Assembly (NCBI GenBank): GCA_965649765.1 | Contig: OZ287750.1 | Coordinates: 31,868,001 to 31,932,000, forward strand | Direction: 5' to 3' | From: Bispira polyomma | Lineage: Eukaryota | Length of the DNA stretch: 64,000 bases | Part shown: positions 13,224 through 27,300 of the stretch, in pieces | Layout of the letters: each line of letters starts with the position of its first letter | Numbering within the stretch: the stretch's first letter is position 1 | The notes under the pieces: generated by a model | Databases searched by the model: none | What the model saw: the letters and a program-made list of their open reading frames with translations, nothing else | Told to the model about the DNA's origin: nothing | Made by a program: the position numbers and the translations under genes

Positions 13224-13232
13224 GTCACGTCA
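13224..13232 (-). promoter_or_regulatory. CRE/UPRE-like element (TGACGTGAC) in the TMED6-like proximal promoter
   Basis: GTCACGTCA about 42 bp upstream of the ATG; matches the CREB3/XBP1 TGACGTG(G/A) consensus. Confidence 0.45.
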
Positions 13233-13273
13233 TTAAAAAAATAGAATTTTGTTTTTAAAAACCGGGGGAAAAA

Positions 13274-13513
13274 ATGGCTGCCACTGTGGCCAGAATGCGG
13301 GCAATCCTATTTTGTTTGACATTTGTGGGTGTTTTAATTCCGGGCGCCCAGCCCCAGCCCCCGGTGCATGAGTTATTACAGGGGGCTGACATAAACTTGT
13401 CGGCGGGGCGACACCGTGACCAACATGAGTTTAAGATTAACGTGGCCGCCGGGAAACAAGAATGTTTTTACCAAAGGATTAATGCCAAGACGAACCTTCA
13501 CTTTGCTTTTGAG
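13274..13513 (+). CDS. TMED6: TMED6-like exon 1
   Basis: MAATVARMR...LHFAFE|GTAGGT. Confidence 0.9.
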
Positions 13514-16500
13514 GTAGGTGATTTGCCTTTTTTTTTTCTTTTTTTTTTCTTTCTTTTTTTTTTTTTAGAAACAACATTTATTATGTTTTGATTTTAAATA
13601 AGAACTATAGGGATCTATACGTGCTATACCGACTGATAATATTCTGAATTTGACGTAAATGATTGCTGATATACAGTGGTACATGTATATATAGATAGAA
13701 AGATAGACCTTTTGTTGTTCTCTCACCTGGTAAATACAAAGCCACACAAGTATGGCTTATGAGAGAGTGAAACTATACAAACATTAATATACAAGGAACA
13801 AACCGCATGTTACTTAATATACGACTGATTTTTTTGTACGTCACATAGATATGTCACACGCCACCATTGGAGATCGGAAGATGTGTGACATGTTATCATT
13901 AATATGCCTACAGGGGGCTGATTAAATAACCAGTTTCACACTTCTTGAATTCAAAAACATTTTATGATACATTTCAACCCCCATCCCATTGTCATAATTA
14001 ACCATGTTGAAAAACAGAAAAACTATATGACTCTAGTTTGTATTCCTCTTTATACTAAGTACAATTACGCCCCGCTTCTTATGGATCAGCAATCACTGGT
14101 CTCTCACCTCTGGGCGGCGTGAGTTCGAATCCCGTCGATGCCTATGTGGGAAAGGTGGTAGTTTCTTACTGTGGGCCGCTGGTTTCAGTGCAGAACCTTG
14201 ATCAACTGTATGCAGTGTTTCCTCCAGCGTTTCTATTTACATAATTGTGTATTTTTATGTGTATACTTGATATTATTATATATTTTCTCTTTTGTCATAT
14301 GGACCATCACGTATGTTTGAAATAAAGTTTTTCAATGAATCCATGAATAAGAAAATGAAATAGTTGAATATTAAGACTAATGCTATTGATTTATTTTAAT
14401 CATTTTAAAGTCAGTAGATGAAAAATTATTATTTTCAATGTTGCTCACGAGTTTTTCCTATTTCATTTTTTAAATGTTGAAACAAACACCTGTCTATTTT
14501 TTACACTTTAATGTATTGTTAGTGTACATAACACCTTGAAAACCTGATGATAAAACACACACACGTTCGATTATTTGGCACTGAGAGAGAAAACTATAAA
14601 TTATCAGTTTACATTGAGTGATGCAATTAAAAACCAAGGCCCATATCTATCAAAAGTCTTTTAACTCGCAGGAATCGTAAAATATCAACTGATGTTTCTT
14701 TTTGTACAAGAAAGATATGAGGAAAAAATCTTGAGTACCACATATATTTGAGTTCCTCATTGATATAGCTCTGTGAAACTAAATGGCATCATGTCTACGT
14801 TATTTTCAATAATAAGGGGAAACGTCTATATCGATATATGTGGTATTCTAGTTTTAAAATGAGTTTAAGTTTTACACATTCATGACAAAATTTGGCCGCT
14901 AAGTGTCTGCAAAGTAATTTTACCAAACCTCGGCTTACAAGCATATACATCAAATATACTGGGGACTCTGCAAATCTATCTTTACATATAGAAATAAACA
15001 CTACTTATGGCCATGTAATTTACACGACTTGTGAATACTGAATTCAAATATATGCAGTCATATTTTATATACAGTTATCAACCAAAAAGATAGTGTAGAA
15101 TCACTGGAGATACCATAGATTTGAGCTCAGTCGAATTTGTGTGTCTATAACTTATTGTGCATATAGTATTTATATAAGGCTGTACGAGTCGTTGCTGATG
15201 AAACTGTAGCACAGAGGTAAGTAGTATTATTAGAAGTAAGTTAGCACTGCTTGAGGCTCAAATTTGATTGGTGTACATTTAAATTAGCACAATATACACA
15301 TCTATTGCTAGAATATTCTTCTGGTGTAAAAACATCCTGGCAATATACGAATACAAATCCTAAAATAAAAGTATTCATATTTAGAATTAGTACTCAATAA
15401 GAATGTGACTTTCTGACAATCATTGACCTCAAGTCAGGATTAACAAGTCTTATAAGTACTATATAAGCACAATAAGTCATAGACACACAAACTTTGACTG
15501 AGCTCAAATCTTTGGTATCTCTAGTAATGTTTAGTCTATATTTTTGGTTGATAATTGGCAAAATCAAAAAGATTATTATAAAGCCTTCCCGCAGATTATA
15601 TTAAAAAAAGCATTATTTAATATGGATGCTCAGAGAAGAACGTTTACAAAGCTGGTTCAAAAACCCCAGTACTATTACAACCACAGGGACACTCAATAGA
15701 GTGCATACCTCTACCAAGGCAACAAAAACAAATCAAAATTATTTATTGATCTAATAGTCTTCCCGAATTCTCCCTGAAATTTAATTGATTCTTTCTTGGC
15801 CATTGCATGCCCTATTTAATGCCAGATGTTTCCACATATAACAGTCTGCAAATATATAACAACACAAAGGAGGATTCACGCTATCAACGGTTATCAGCTG
15901 ATCTTGGGGGTAACACAAAAATTCTATATTCAAATATAGTTTTTGTTTACTCTTAAAATTCCATGTGGTACATTTGAGGCTTTGTACTGCTTGCAAAACG
16001 AGACTGACACGAGGATGAGTGTCGATTTAATTTTGATTTTGTGTTTAAAGTCGCTTTTAACACATTGCATAGGTCATATGACAACGGGCACTTTTAGTGC
16101 TGGAGGAAACCAGTGTATACTAGTTGGTCAAGATTCTACACTGAAAACCAGCGACCATCAACAAGAAACTCTCAACTTTCCCACTTAAAGCCTCAGCCAA
16201 GATTCATGCGGCGAGGGATGAGTGTCGAATATGTCCTTAAATTTATATCTGAAGAACTGCTTCCATACATGCAATACATGACGTCCGTATATGTCAAACC
16301 TCTCCATCAGTGAATCAAAATCATTTGATTTATAAGATACAATGTTTTTAAGGCACAACTTTTTTATTTTGTGGTCTGATGTTATAATATCTTAAGCTGC
16401 AAAGTTAATTGTTCTACCAAGTATCCCAAACTAATCTGGCAGAAATGTACCTATACTTCATACAACTTACACCATCTGTATCCATCAACCGAGGATTCAA

Positions 16501-19500
16501 TACTTTACAATAGAATGTTTTCAATTGCAGGTGTTGAAGGGGGCAGATAGAAACCTTGACTTTGTGGTGTTTACCCCAAGGGGAGAGATTATGGATAAAC
16601 ATTTGTGGACACGTCAAGGAGTCACAGACATGCCCATTTATGAGACTGGTAAGTGCCTATAGCTGGGAGAGCTATATATTCTAACATGTCCAGGTTAGTT
16701 CACCGATCCTCATTGGCTCTAAAAGTATGTTTAAATCGAAGACTAGAATTTTTAAGAATGGTCAAGGTCATTGTCCTCCATAATGTTTCTTTACGCCTGG
16801 TTAAACAGGTCCTCCAATAAAATTATTTTACCTTCTTATTTTTCAAGAAAAAAAATTATTTAATACTATGCCTACGTCTCCAATCGTGGTAAAATTCCTT
16901 CTGTATGGCCCAGGCTGAGTTTTCCATCACCAAATGGCTGTTTTTATTGATGGATGGACCAATAAATTCGGGTGGGCATAATTAAAGTACTTATATATAC
17001 TTTGTTCACTTTTCTCAACTAGTACTGATTGTCATTCGGGTGGTACTTGCTGGGAAAAACAAAAGTACTGAAGCTACCTGTCCATATTGTCTGATTACTT
17101 TAGTAAGTCTAAAAAAGTCTATTTTGAAGCAGTAGGTCAATAACATTTAGAATAGGTACATATTAGTGTTAATTTTATTTTTCTAAAATAATGTTTAGAA
17201 TTTATGTTTAGAATTTTAATTGTGCAACTTTATCCTAATAATATTTCTCACCGAATTATTAATCATTAGTAATTACTGAAGCCATTCCGGTACAACACAA
17301 TTTAAGTAAGTACTGCTTGTTACTGTGCATTGTGGTGGGACTTACGTTAGTTGCTGCAGTAAATACATCCAAATACAACTATTAATAACTTTCATGAAAT
17401 CCCAAAAGAATCCCCAACATGAATGTGCATGTATGAGCATGTTCCAGCAGGTATTCACAAACTAATATATATGCAGTGACCAATCCAAGCTTTATTATGT
17501 ATCATGATAAATTATATATTCGTAATCAGCATTAAATAAAAGTCACTAACTTAAATTCTCCAGTGTAGTTTCTACTAGCAAATTCTTACTTTTTTTTATT
17601 TTCATATTGGGCTCTGCCCTGACCTTTTTTGCAATTTAACTGTTAAAATAACAGCAAGGAATGTCCCAACAAGAGACCGATTATACGGTTTAGGGTGACT
17701 GGCTGTGTATGATGCTTTATTAAAAGATCTTTATTTTGCATTGTATTGGCTAATTTGTATATCAATTAATAAAAATGTATATGTTGTCAACATACATTAC
17801 TTAAATATTTAATAGGAAAGGAGTTATATAAAAAGGTCACAGCTAGGTGTCTTCAAATCTTGACTTTAAGCAAGAATAAAAAATACCCTAAAATTTCCAG
17901 TCATTTTTTTTTTTTTTTTGTATTGAATAAAATTACCATGGACAGACCATTTCTCAGAATTCATAGTAAACTTTTGCAAACCTGTCAAGAATTTGGAACC
18001 ATAAAAAAATCTATAGACCCTTAAACATATGGAAATTAAAATAAATGGGTCATTTCTGGAACAATTTCTCTTCTTTAAAAAGACACAGGCGCACAGTGGG
18101 ATATTGAACATTGATATGGCAACTATATACTCAGGCAAATCTGATAGCAGTTTGGACCAGTTTAGACAGGTCAATTGCTTCCAACCAATCCATAAAGGCC
18201 TTACATATTATTTCTGTGATGGCGACGCCCTTTTCAATGGCAGCAGCTTTTTTAGAATGAAAAAACATCCGGCTGCGCCTGATAAAAAGAAACTCCAAGC
18301 CCTCTACCATATCCACCAATTCTTTAGTGCTTATCAATAATATTTCATTGTGCTTCAACATACATGTACTGTCAAACTATGCATAAATCTCGATACTTCT
18401 ATCGATAACATGGATCTTTTAAATGGAAGAATCCTATATTAACAGATGTATCCAAATTCAGATCATTGTTATTGCCAAAGATTATTAGACCATTCCCCTT
18501 GCATAACACGCCATCTAGTATTGAAAGACTGACAATCTGATGATAAGTAAACACTACAAAGGACACTCGATTATGCATAATTAGATATTTATGAGTGAAT
18601 TGAACTTTGAATTTGTCTAAAATACGATATTGAATTGCTTTGATTTTTGGATGTTTTTATATCCTCTTTATTTCGTGGTTGTCCCTAAAGTGACACTGTA
18701 TAGTTTTGGTGAATCTTTATAGAATGAGATACATATCTCAAGGTAATAAGAGGGGTGGCTATTAGTGGTGTAGATGTAACATTACTGCTGCCCACCTTTG
18801 TAATCATGGGTTCAAATCTCAGCCTCATGTTGGTGAGTTTGCAGTAGACACGGTGAAGGCTGGTGGTTTACAGTGACAAAATCTTAACCAACTCTGCTGT
18901 ACTGATTGTTTCCACGAGGAAACTGGCTATCATGAGATATAATAACCAGGTGGTAACAGTGAAGTTAACACGCTTTACTTCATCCGCTTCTTAATCGAGG
19001 GAATAAGATTATACTATAAGGGAACAAGTTTAAATAGTATTTACTAGATAGTCCAATAATTTAAAGGTTCTGAGACCTTTTCTACTATGAAAAGATTAAA
19101 TGTATTCACATTTGTCTGTTAAATACTTCTTATTACAAAAACTGTAAGGTTGAACACATCTCCTTTTGTATAGACAGCATCTTCACAGCCACTTCTAAAT
19201 TTTGGGTAATACGATAATACTTTGAAGGATTTAACATAAATTCCACTCAATAGTCTTTCACTGTAGGAGCTCCATAACTTATTGTACCATGTACAGATGA
19301 AATGTATTCATAATTTTGCTGTATTCCACCTTAACACGCACGCACGTACCTGATCATTTCATAAAATACTCAGAATTTTATCCTTCATTTTTGTTACATT
19401 TCAGTGTTGTGTATACCTTAAATCATTTACACCAAAATCTTCTGTATTCCACCATAAGGCATCTACGCTTTCTGTATGGACAACACCTTTAGCCGCTTCT

Positions 19501-20328
19501 CCTCCAAACTGGTCTACTTCTTCATGTCTACCTTCGTGCCAGACGAGTGGCAAAAGTATGCAGCGGAATTGGAGAAGATCGACATGTCCATACAGGTCTT
19601 TTCTGTGAGTAAGAAACATCAAATAAATAAAGCCTAACTTTGACCAGGGCATTACCTGATACCCAATGAAAACCACGATTTGCTTATAAATATAAGTACC
19701 ATGTGGATAGCTTCAGCTGTTTCCTTATTTGTTTTATTAATTATGCCTTAGTTATTTGTGACCTCCGCCATGGAGATTGGTTTGTTTGTTATCACGATAA
19801 CACAAAACATGGTCCAAAAATAATTACATTAAATTTTAAAACAAATTCAGGTAGAAGGGACGATGTTTGGTACGCACAGGGTAACCACACCAGAATAAAA
19901 TGTTGGCTCTTTTTTAAACAGACAAAAATGTGTCAAATTTATCTTGGCTGGTAATACTTCCATTATACAACATCATAATTGTATCAGTGATGTATACATT
20001 GAATATTTTGAATTTATTATCATGTACCTACAATTTTAACCAAAGGTTGTTAATGTATTTTATCAATAAGTGTATTTTCTTGCTCTGTTTTCAGGAACAT
20101 TTTACTAATATTGACAAAAACGTAGCTGAGATGAAGAAAATCCAAGCAGTAGTTCGTCAGCACTCAGTTACAGACTGGTACATTATACGATACAATCATA
20201 CGCTTGTACAGAACGGGTCACTCATCGCCTGTGTTGTGGTTATTCTTACAGGAGCAATACAAGCTTACTTTGTCAAACGCCTTTTTAATGTCAAAGACCC
20301 TTATGACCTGAATAAACCTAGAGCCTAA
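13274..20328 (+). CDS. TMED6: Transmembrane emp24 (p24 gamma, GOLD domain) protein, TMED6-like; join(13274..13513,16531..16648,19459..19604,20095..20328), 245 aa
   Basis: Signal peptide; GOLD cysteines (KQECFYQ; GIYAFCMDNTFSRFSSKLVYF); coiled coil; TM helix; tail YFVKRLFNVKDPYDLNKPRA resembles the vertebrate TMED6 tail (LKRLFNV..KKPRC, from memory). All introns are GT-AG with consistent phases 0, 1, 0. Confidence 0.88.
15072..15557. mobile_element. Tc1/mariner-like MITE with about 90-bp TIRs (TMED6 intron 1)
   Basis: CAGTTATCAACCAAAAA..GATTTGAGCTCAGTC..TTATTGTGC is inverted at 15467-15557; TA on the left flank. Confidence 0.75.
16531..16648 (+). CDS. TMED6: TMED6-like exon 2
   Basis: TTGCAG|VLKGADRNLDFVVFTPRGE...IYETG|GTAAGT. 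Confidence 0.9.
19459..19604 (+). CDS. TMED6: TMED6-like exon 3
   Basis: ATAAG|GIYAFCMDNTFSRFSSKLVYFF...IQVFS|GTGAGT. Confidence 0.9.
20095..20328 (+). CDS. TMED6: TMED6-like exon 4 (TM helix and tail)
   Basis: TTTCAG|EHFTNIDK...LNKPRA*; AATAAA signals at 20328, 20375 and 21391. Confidence 0.9.
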   Translation, partial: EHFTNIDKNVAEMKKIQAVVRQHSVTDWYIIRYNHTLVQNGSLIACVVVILTGAIQAYFVKRLFNVKDPYDLNKPRA

Positions 20329-21699
20329 ATAAAAACCACTGTATAATGGTGCTACATTAAGAATACAATTCTGTAATAAAGCAGTATATTTCATTGAATA
20401 CAGAAAATTTCAAAGTCACATAATCATGTTTTGTCCATTCCAAAACATCTTCCATGGTGATTTACAGGTTGTAGAATCATGTTTTAGGAGATACGATGTG
20501 TCAAAAGTTGGCAAGTATAAGACCATAGTTTGACAGAGGTATATTGTGGATGAAATTGTATTGAGTGAACGTGGCAAAGAAAAAAATTTTAATACAGAAA
20601 CACGAAAAAGAATTTCAAAGATTGAGCTTTAATTAAATAATATTTGCCAGATGAGATATTAAGCTTATAAGAAAAAATTTGGCATGTTTCTTTGCAAAGA
20701 TTATTTTATCTTGCTCAGACAAGGTATGTTGTTACCTGGGTGAATTATATTTTGCCTAGCAAAATTGTTACTTTGCTTGGGCATATTTTACTATATTAAT
20801 ATGCAGCATGTTTCACCATTGCAAAACTAATTCACCAACTAATGATTTACTTCACTGAGCTTGGACATTTTATTTTCATAACACAATAAGCAGGGAGTAA
20901 GATATGCTTGAAGGTTAGCTGTCTTAGTATGCATTTTTCTTTGGTACACACCTTAGAAAAATAGTAGAAAATAAACTTCAGTACATTTTTGCGAAACTGT
21001 CAAATTATGTTAATATATGCCCTTATACATGCTGTATAAATTAGCCTAAAATAAAATTGACACATTGTCAGTGTTCATACCTTCCACAATAAGATGTGTA
21101 GTATTTACGGTGTAACGTCACTGCTGTTCGTCATATTGTTGTCTCTATTTATTGAAGGTCAGTTATTTATTGATTTAAGCTTGTTGTGATAAACAACGTT
21201 AACCGTGTTTGCCATATTCTGTTTTATGCAAATGTGTATTGGTCCAGTATGCTTCTTTGTTTATGTCACTAACTTAACGCATACGTACCTGATCATTTTA
21301 ATAAATGCTCAAGATTTTGTCCTTGTTTTTGTTACGTTTCAGTGTTGTGTATACCAACATTGTGATAAATATGTAAAGCATAAATAGATCAATAAATATT
21401 TTAAATTATATGTTTGGTGCTTTGCTTCATTTACCTGTCTTGGTTCACAACTAAAAGGCACGATACATTTATATTACAGTGTGCTTTAAAAACAATTTAA
21501 TAGTTTTATTCTGATACAAAAAGTTGGATAAGGTTCTTATTGGATAAGGTTATTTGCATGATCAAATAAACTGGTAGCTATCATTGCAAGTTTTTGAATT
21601 TATTGTTAAAGCTAACATTATTGTTAGAACCATTCTACCATCTGGTACTATGAAGATAAGCCAAATTTGGGATAAATAACAATGCTCTGTCATGGTTTA

Positions 21700-22400
21700 A
21701 GTCCTACCTATCAAATAGTACACAGACTATTTGTGTTAACAGCTGCCTATCACAACCAGTTGAGTTACCATTTGGAGTGCCTCGAGGATCGTTATATGTC
21801 AATTTTTGTTTACACTTTACATTTTGTCAGTTGCTGATATATCTTGCAAACATCATATTGAATGTATGCATTATGCGGAAAACTCCCAATTATACGCCTC
21901 TTTCAACCACACTGAGGTAAAGGAGTCATTGTTACAGATTGAGACATGTATATTAGAAAAGCACTGGGTTCATGCTCCATCAAATATCCAGAATACTAAC
22001 ATTTTAACTATTGATGCACCAAGATCATTGTCTCATCCTTAGTGACTTCATGCTTGAACTTTGGTACTGGAATAATTTGTGGAGTTTCAAAAAGGGACCA
22101 CACCACTGCTACCCTACAATCTCTGCATTGACTTCCATTTGAGTACATGACTAAATTTTCTTGACAGAAACATAGAAATGTATTATTTGACTAAGCCCTG
22201 TTGTTTTGTCAGACCTTCTTAAATAGTATACACCTTCTAAATCCCCTGAAGTTCACAAAATCTTAAATCAGTTTTACATCTGTGTATATCTAGAATTAGA
22301 CAATGTGCTTTCAGTTTCATTCTCTTTTCCTATTACATTGTGTCTGTTGGATTACTTAAAGATTTTAAAAAAATGTTGAAAGCACATCTTCGTTTCATTA
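21700..22400 (+). mobile_element. Highly decayed L2/CR1 LINE RT fragment
   Basis: FGVPRGS...FTLYILSVADI...HIECMHYAENSQLY and later DHTTATLQSLH motifs. Confidence 0.7.
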
Positions 22401-24302
22401 TTCTACATTATACTTATTTTTCTTTTAATAATATGAACTTTGAGAAATTCATTTGTAAAGCTGTATATCAGAACTGATATTAATAATAAGGAGGTTCACT
22501 CATTATGTAAACGAAGTACTCCACTGGATGAAATAATATTGTTTGCAAGCATTAGCTTTACACCATGACCTAGGACTTTAGAGGAAAAAGCAGTCAAAAA
22601 AGCTTTAAAACGAACGTCCCATATGCATGCTAGGTCGAGATTAGAACCATTAACTATAGAATTGAAGTAGGCAGCGAGAGTGTTCCTCTAATACCACAGA
22701 AACCCTTGTTTACATATCATTATAACGATTATTACAGTCATAAAGTTACCTTGATGTACTGAAATTTGTTAAGTTTTTATAAACGCAATACAGGTTGGCA
22801 TTTGGGCATACATGCCATGAAATTCCTAATGCAGTGTTCAATAGGAATTAATTGAGTTATAAGAAATAAAATGATCAAGTCCTATCAGTTTTACAGTTCT
22901 GCACAAATTGAATAAATTTAAGCTTTTTCTGTGTAAATGCAATAACATGGTGAATTGGAGTAATCTGTTAATACAGTGATATCTTTCTGGGAAGAATCAA
23001 CAATCTTTTTGGGAATCTCCTATTTGTGTTTGACCTTTTGATACTTTTCACTCCGTCTATTGGTTGGACCATCTGTTTAAGATTTTCAACTTTTTAGATA
23101 ATGCATCAAACAAGACTATTTGGAAATACTTGCAAGCGTATGTGATATACTAAATCACAACAAGCAACACAAAATGTCTACGCATTTTTATTTTAATAAT
23201 AAAAATAATCCTCTTCACTATATCTCAGAATTACATTACTGTAAAAACGTAAAAAATATTTATTAGTTCTGTTTAAATGCAGTCTTCTATATACTAAAGC
23301 AAATGGAAATTCAAAAGTGTGACTACAAAATATGGAGATATATACTTTTAGAAAGAACTGTCTTATGATATTACTATCATTTGTGTTAATTTTGCAAAAT
23401 TCTCGACAAAATACATAAAAAAACATCCCCAAAATTAATAAAAAATAAAGCAGAATACCTATTTAATCCACTTACAGGTTTGAGAAACTTGATATCCCTG
23501 TGTTTTATTAGAAAAGTGACAAATAATGCAATTAAAACTATCAAACAGCAACAACGGCAATTCTGAACAGACGTTAATGACATCATTTTGTTTGTTGTCA
23601 CAAGCTGGTCCACTTTGAAGTAATAGGAGTTATATTAAAATTGTGTTTAATATATGTTGATAATATTTAAAATTCTGACAGAAAAGGGACAATTTGGTAA
23701 AAGAATATAATGGCATGTATATTTGCTTGTGTTAAATGATTGTTTTCATAATAAGGTGGATTTTTATTGGTATTTTCGTTCAGAATTGTCGACTGTTCAG
23801 AATTGCCTACGGCCGTGTAGTCTGTTTATTACTGTCTCAGGTAAATGCCTGGTATATTCGAATGTGAGATTAAGCACTTCTTTGTTGTCACTTGAGTGGT
23901 TTGTCATTGATGTCTAACATATTTATAGTAGATGAACCAAAATACAATAGTATTAGTAGTGTATTGAGCATGAGATTTCCAGGTGAAAAACATTACCCTT
24001 TCAATAATTTAGGAATAAACCAGAAAGTGAATAATAATTGGAACAATCTAAAGTTTCTTAAAAAAATCAACATTGTCTTGGCAATGGCTTTTCGCTGTTT
24101 TAATATTTGTTTTGTATTTATTTTATTTTGTAATATTTGTTTATCATATAAGGTACAAGATGGTACATATAATAAATTTACACCAATAGTGTTAAAAAGA
24201 AATAATTAGATCATAAACATGGCCTCAGATATACTTTGCATCTGATTTCCGGGATTTGTTAATTGGAGGGATAAATTTCACTCTCGTCTTTTAGTAATAA
24301 CC

Positions 24303-24377
24303 ATGGCCTCTTTGGACGAACATGAAGATTTGCAAGAAAAGGATGATTATTATGCATGGCTTGGATTACATAAAGAT
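24303..24377 (+). CDS. DNAJC11: DNAJC11 exon 1
   Basis: ACCATGG Kozak context; MASLDEHEDLQEKDDYYAWLGLHKD|GTATTG. Confidence 0.88.
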
Positions 24378-27300
24378 GTATTGATTTGGTTCTTTTAAAT
24401 AATTCTGTCAGCATATTTAACAACAAATAAGAACACCCACGTTTTTTCTATATACCGGTATTCCTATAAATGTCAATTATCGCTCACGTTGTTGGATGGC
24501 ATGCCAGTTTAGGAAAGCGCAGAATTCGGAAACGTTTCAGATTTCTGCAACTCTTTACGAATTCTGCAAGCCTACAGTTTCTGAATTCGAAAAAAAATGA
24601 CAGTATTTGAATTTTCGGCGAGGTTGTATGCATGGTAGACGTGGTTACCGCGGCTAACGTCAGTCTGCTGTCTTATACGACACGACACCACATAGATCTG
24701 GAGATTTCTAAAATACTTACTTAACATTTACCACAACAATCTGAGTTTAGAGCAGCTAAGTAAGTGTTTTAAAAATCTATAGTCCTGTGTGGGTTCGTGC
24801 CAATGCTATAACTTGTATAAGTCAGCAGACTGACATTATTTGTGGTAACCATCACTATATGTATGGAAACGTTTCAGATTTCTGCAACTCTTTTCGAATT
24901 CTGCAAGCCTAAAGTTCCCGGCATCGAACGAAAACGATGTATGTCGGGAAATATTTAATTTCGGGAAGCAAATGCCGAGAAATGCAAAATTCATTAAAGT
25001 TCATCTCTGGAAGTAATTATCAGTCAAATTTTTCCCGGGAATTTTTTTTATTAATGTGTGATAGCGGCAGAATTTCATGCAAGTTACCTTTAACTCAGCA
25101 GGAACCACCAACATATCATTAGCTTTTGAAGAAATGAATCGAAGTGTGTCATGTACGCAATTTGTGATATATAAATCGCTTGTGTAAATAAATATATTAC
25201 CCTAAAGACAACTTTTAAAGGAATGCAAACCTATTTCATCAAATATGCGTACATGTAACATAATAATTACGGTAAATCAATATATTGATATATTACATGT
25301 TTTATGTCATTTTTTTATTTCTTCTTTGCCAACTAAACATGCTTCCCATTATGCGCTTCCTGAAGTCAATTAATTAATTAATTTCCCAAAATACAGCGTT
25401 TTCGTTCAATGCCGGAAAATTTATCCATGCATCTAACCACTACGTTTAATTTTGGCAGTTAACAAAATGAATTGGCAATGTATGATAACTGTTATGTAAA
25501 TATACACTATTAAATGAAAAGCTTTTGTGTTGATTGAAAAAAATCCATTGTTGCGTTATACTACTGCTTCGTAAGGTATTATTGGTAGGGTTGCTGTAAC
25601 AGTCCTTGCGTTTTCAAAACGAAGCATTAGAAAATTATAAAATTGGCTATAATGAACAAGAGTTGAAGACTATTGTGGTATCCTTCGTTTTAAGTTATTT
25701 ATATACTGGTTTGTCGCTCACTTTTTCTATTGGTAAAAAATAAACATCGTCAATGGGAATTGCAAACCATGTGTATGTATGCAACAATGAAAGAATATTA
25801 TGCAAATTAGGTCAACTGTCATCATAGAGAGCACCGGGAGCTACCAACTTCCATATAAGAATATTAAATTTTTTCTGACCTTTGACTCGGCAAGAATCGC
25901 TAATGATGTACTATTTTTTTGTAAGCGTGATAAAATATAAGTGTGATAGGTATCTATATACTTCTGTTTGCTCGAACAAATATGTTCTATGTCCACATAA
26001 GTCGTTAAATAGGTTAGCAATGCTTAAAAAGTTGTCTTTTGTGTGATATATTGTGATATTAGTTATCGTGCCTGTGGCACACTTCGGTTTTTTACTTCCC
26101 CAAGTTTCGGGAGTCTTCGGATCAAAACATGACCTTAATATAACCCCAACATGTCCCCCAATAATCAAGACATTTTTAACGTGCTTTATTATATTCCTAT
26201 ATAATTATAATTGGACATGTTTTTTTAACATTTTAGTTACTTGAAAATGTTCCTTTTTTTAAAAAAAAAATGCCGTCTTGGAAAATGTACTATACATAAA
26301 CAAAGTAATTGGTAAAATAAAATATTGCTCCTACTAGGACCACTAATAATAGATATAATGTATTATTTGACAGTTTATTCCATTTAATGGTTTTATAGAG
26401 CATCGATTATTTCCACACAGGTACCAATTATTGACTAGAATATAATTGTCGAGCCTTCTGACAAGTTTGTGAATTACTTTTTATTTATTCGATTCCCCGC
26501 CCCCAGTAAGTATAAAAGCTACAGTGACAAGTGACCTCCTGATTCTATTGGATACTCTTGTTTATTTAACATGAGCAGTCTTTCAAATATTTAAATAAAA
26601 AGGTTATCAGGTCTAAAATTTGTCATGATGAATGCAGCCATTTATCAAACAACAGTTCAATGTATTAACTGAACCTACTAAAATGGAAAATATAGTGTAA
26701 ACTAACTGTCATCATCATGTTTCTTCGTTGTAAAAATAAATCAAAGACTCATACCAAACTTGAGGACTTTAGAATAGAGAATAGGTGAGACCGTAGTCCC
26801 GGTATCTTGGTATCGCCAACATTTTCGGTGAATAACATGATAAAATAAGTAAGATACAGGAATGTCGAAAATATAGACCTTTTACTGCAAACAGTCAACA
26901 AACAATATCTATTGAGCAATATCCCGGACACAGATTTTTGGTACCTTTACATCCAAGAATAGAGTTGTTTCTTTTTGACTTTCAAGTGCATATTTAATTG
27001 TCATTTGTACATTTATATGGTTTAGGTATCTGCTTATATGGTTTAGGATTTAATGAAAAACTTTTGTGTTGCTTGAAAAAAAAATCCATTGTTGCGTTAT
27101 AAACATTTTAAGTGTGCATGTCTAACTCAGGTTAAATAATAGCATGTGTAAGCAGTAACGACGGAGTATTTCCATATCTCGCAAAATATCGGCAATTTTC
27201 TTGCACTTCACATTTCAAATTAAATTTAAAAACTTATTTAACAAAATGTGAATACGTGATTTGTTTTAGTTATCTTTCAGTCGATTTTTTATCTCAAACC

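Noticed and set aside
11142-14240. tRNA genes suggested by A/B boxes (e.g. GAGTTCGAATCCC at 14121)
   Set aside because: No cloverleaf or acceptor stem, and they continue into shared SINE cores.
18029-18600. Possible hAT transposase remnant on the minus strand (GVAITEII..AIDLSKLVQ)
   Set aside because: Similarity is too weak, and no TIRs or catalytic residues were identified.
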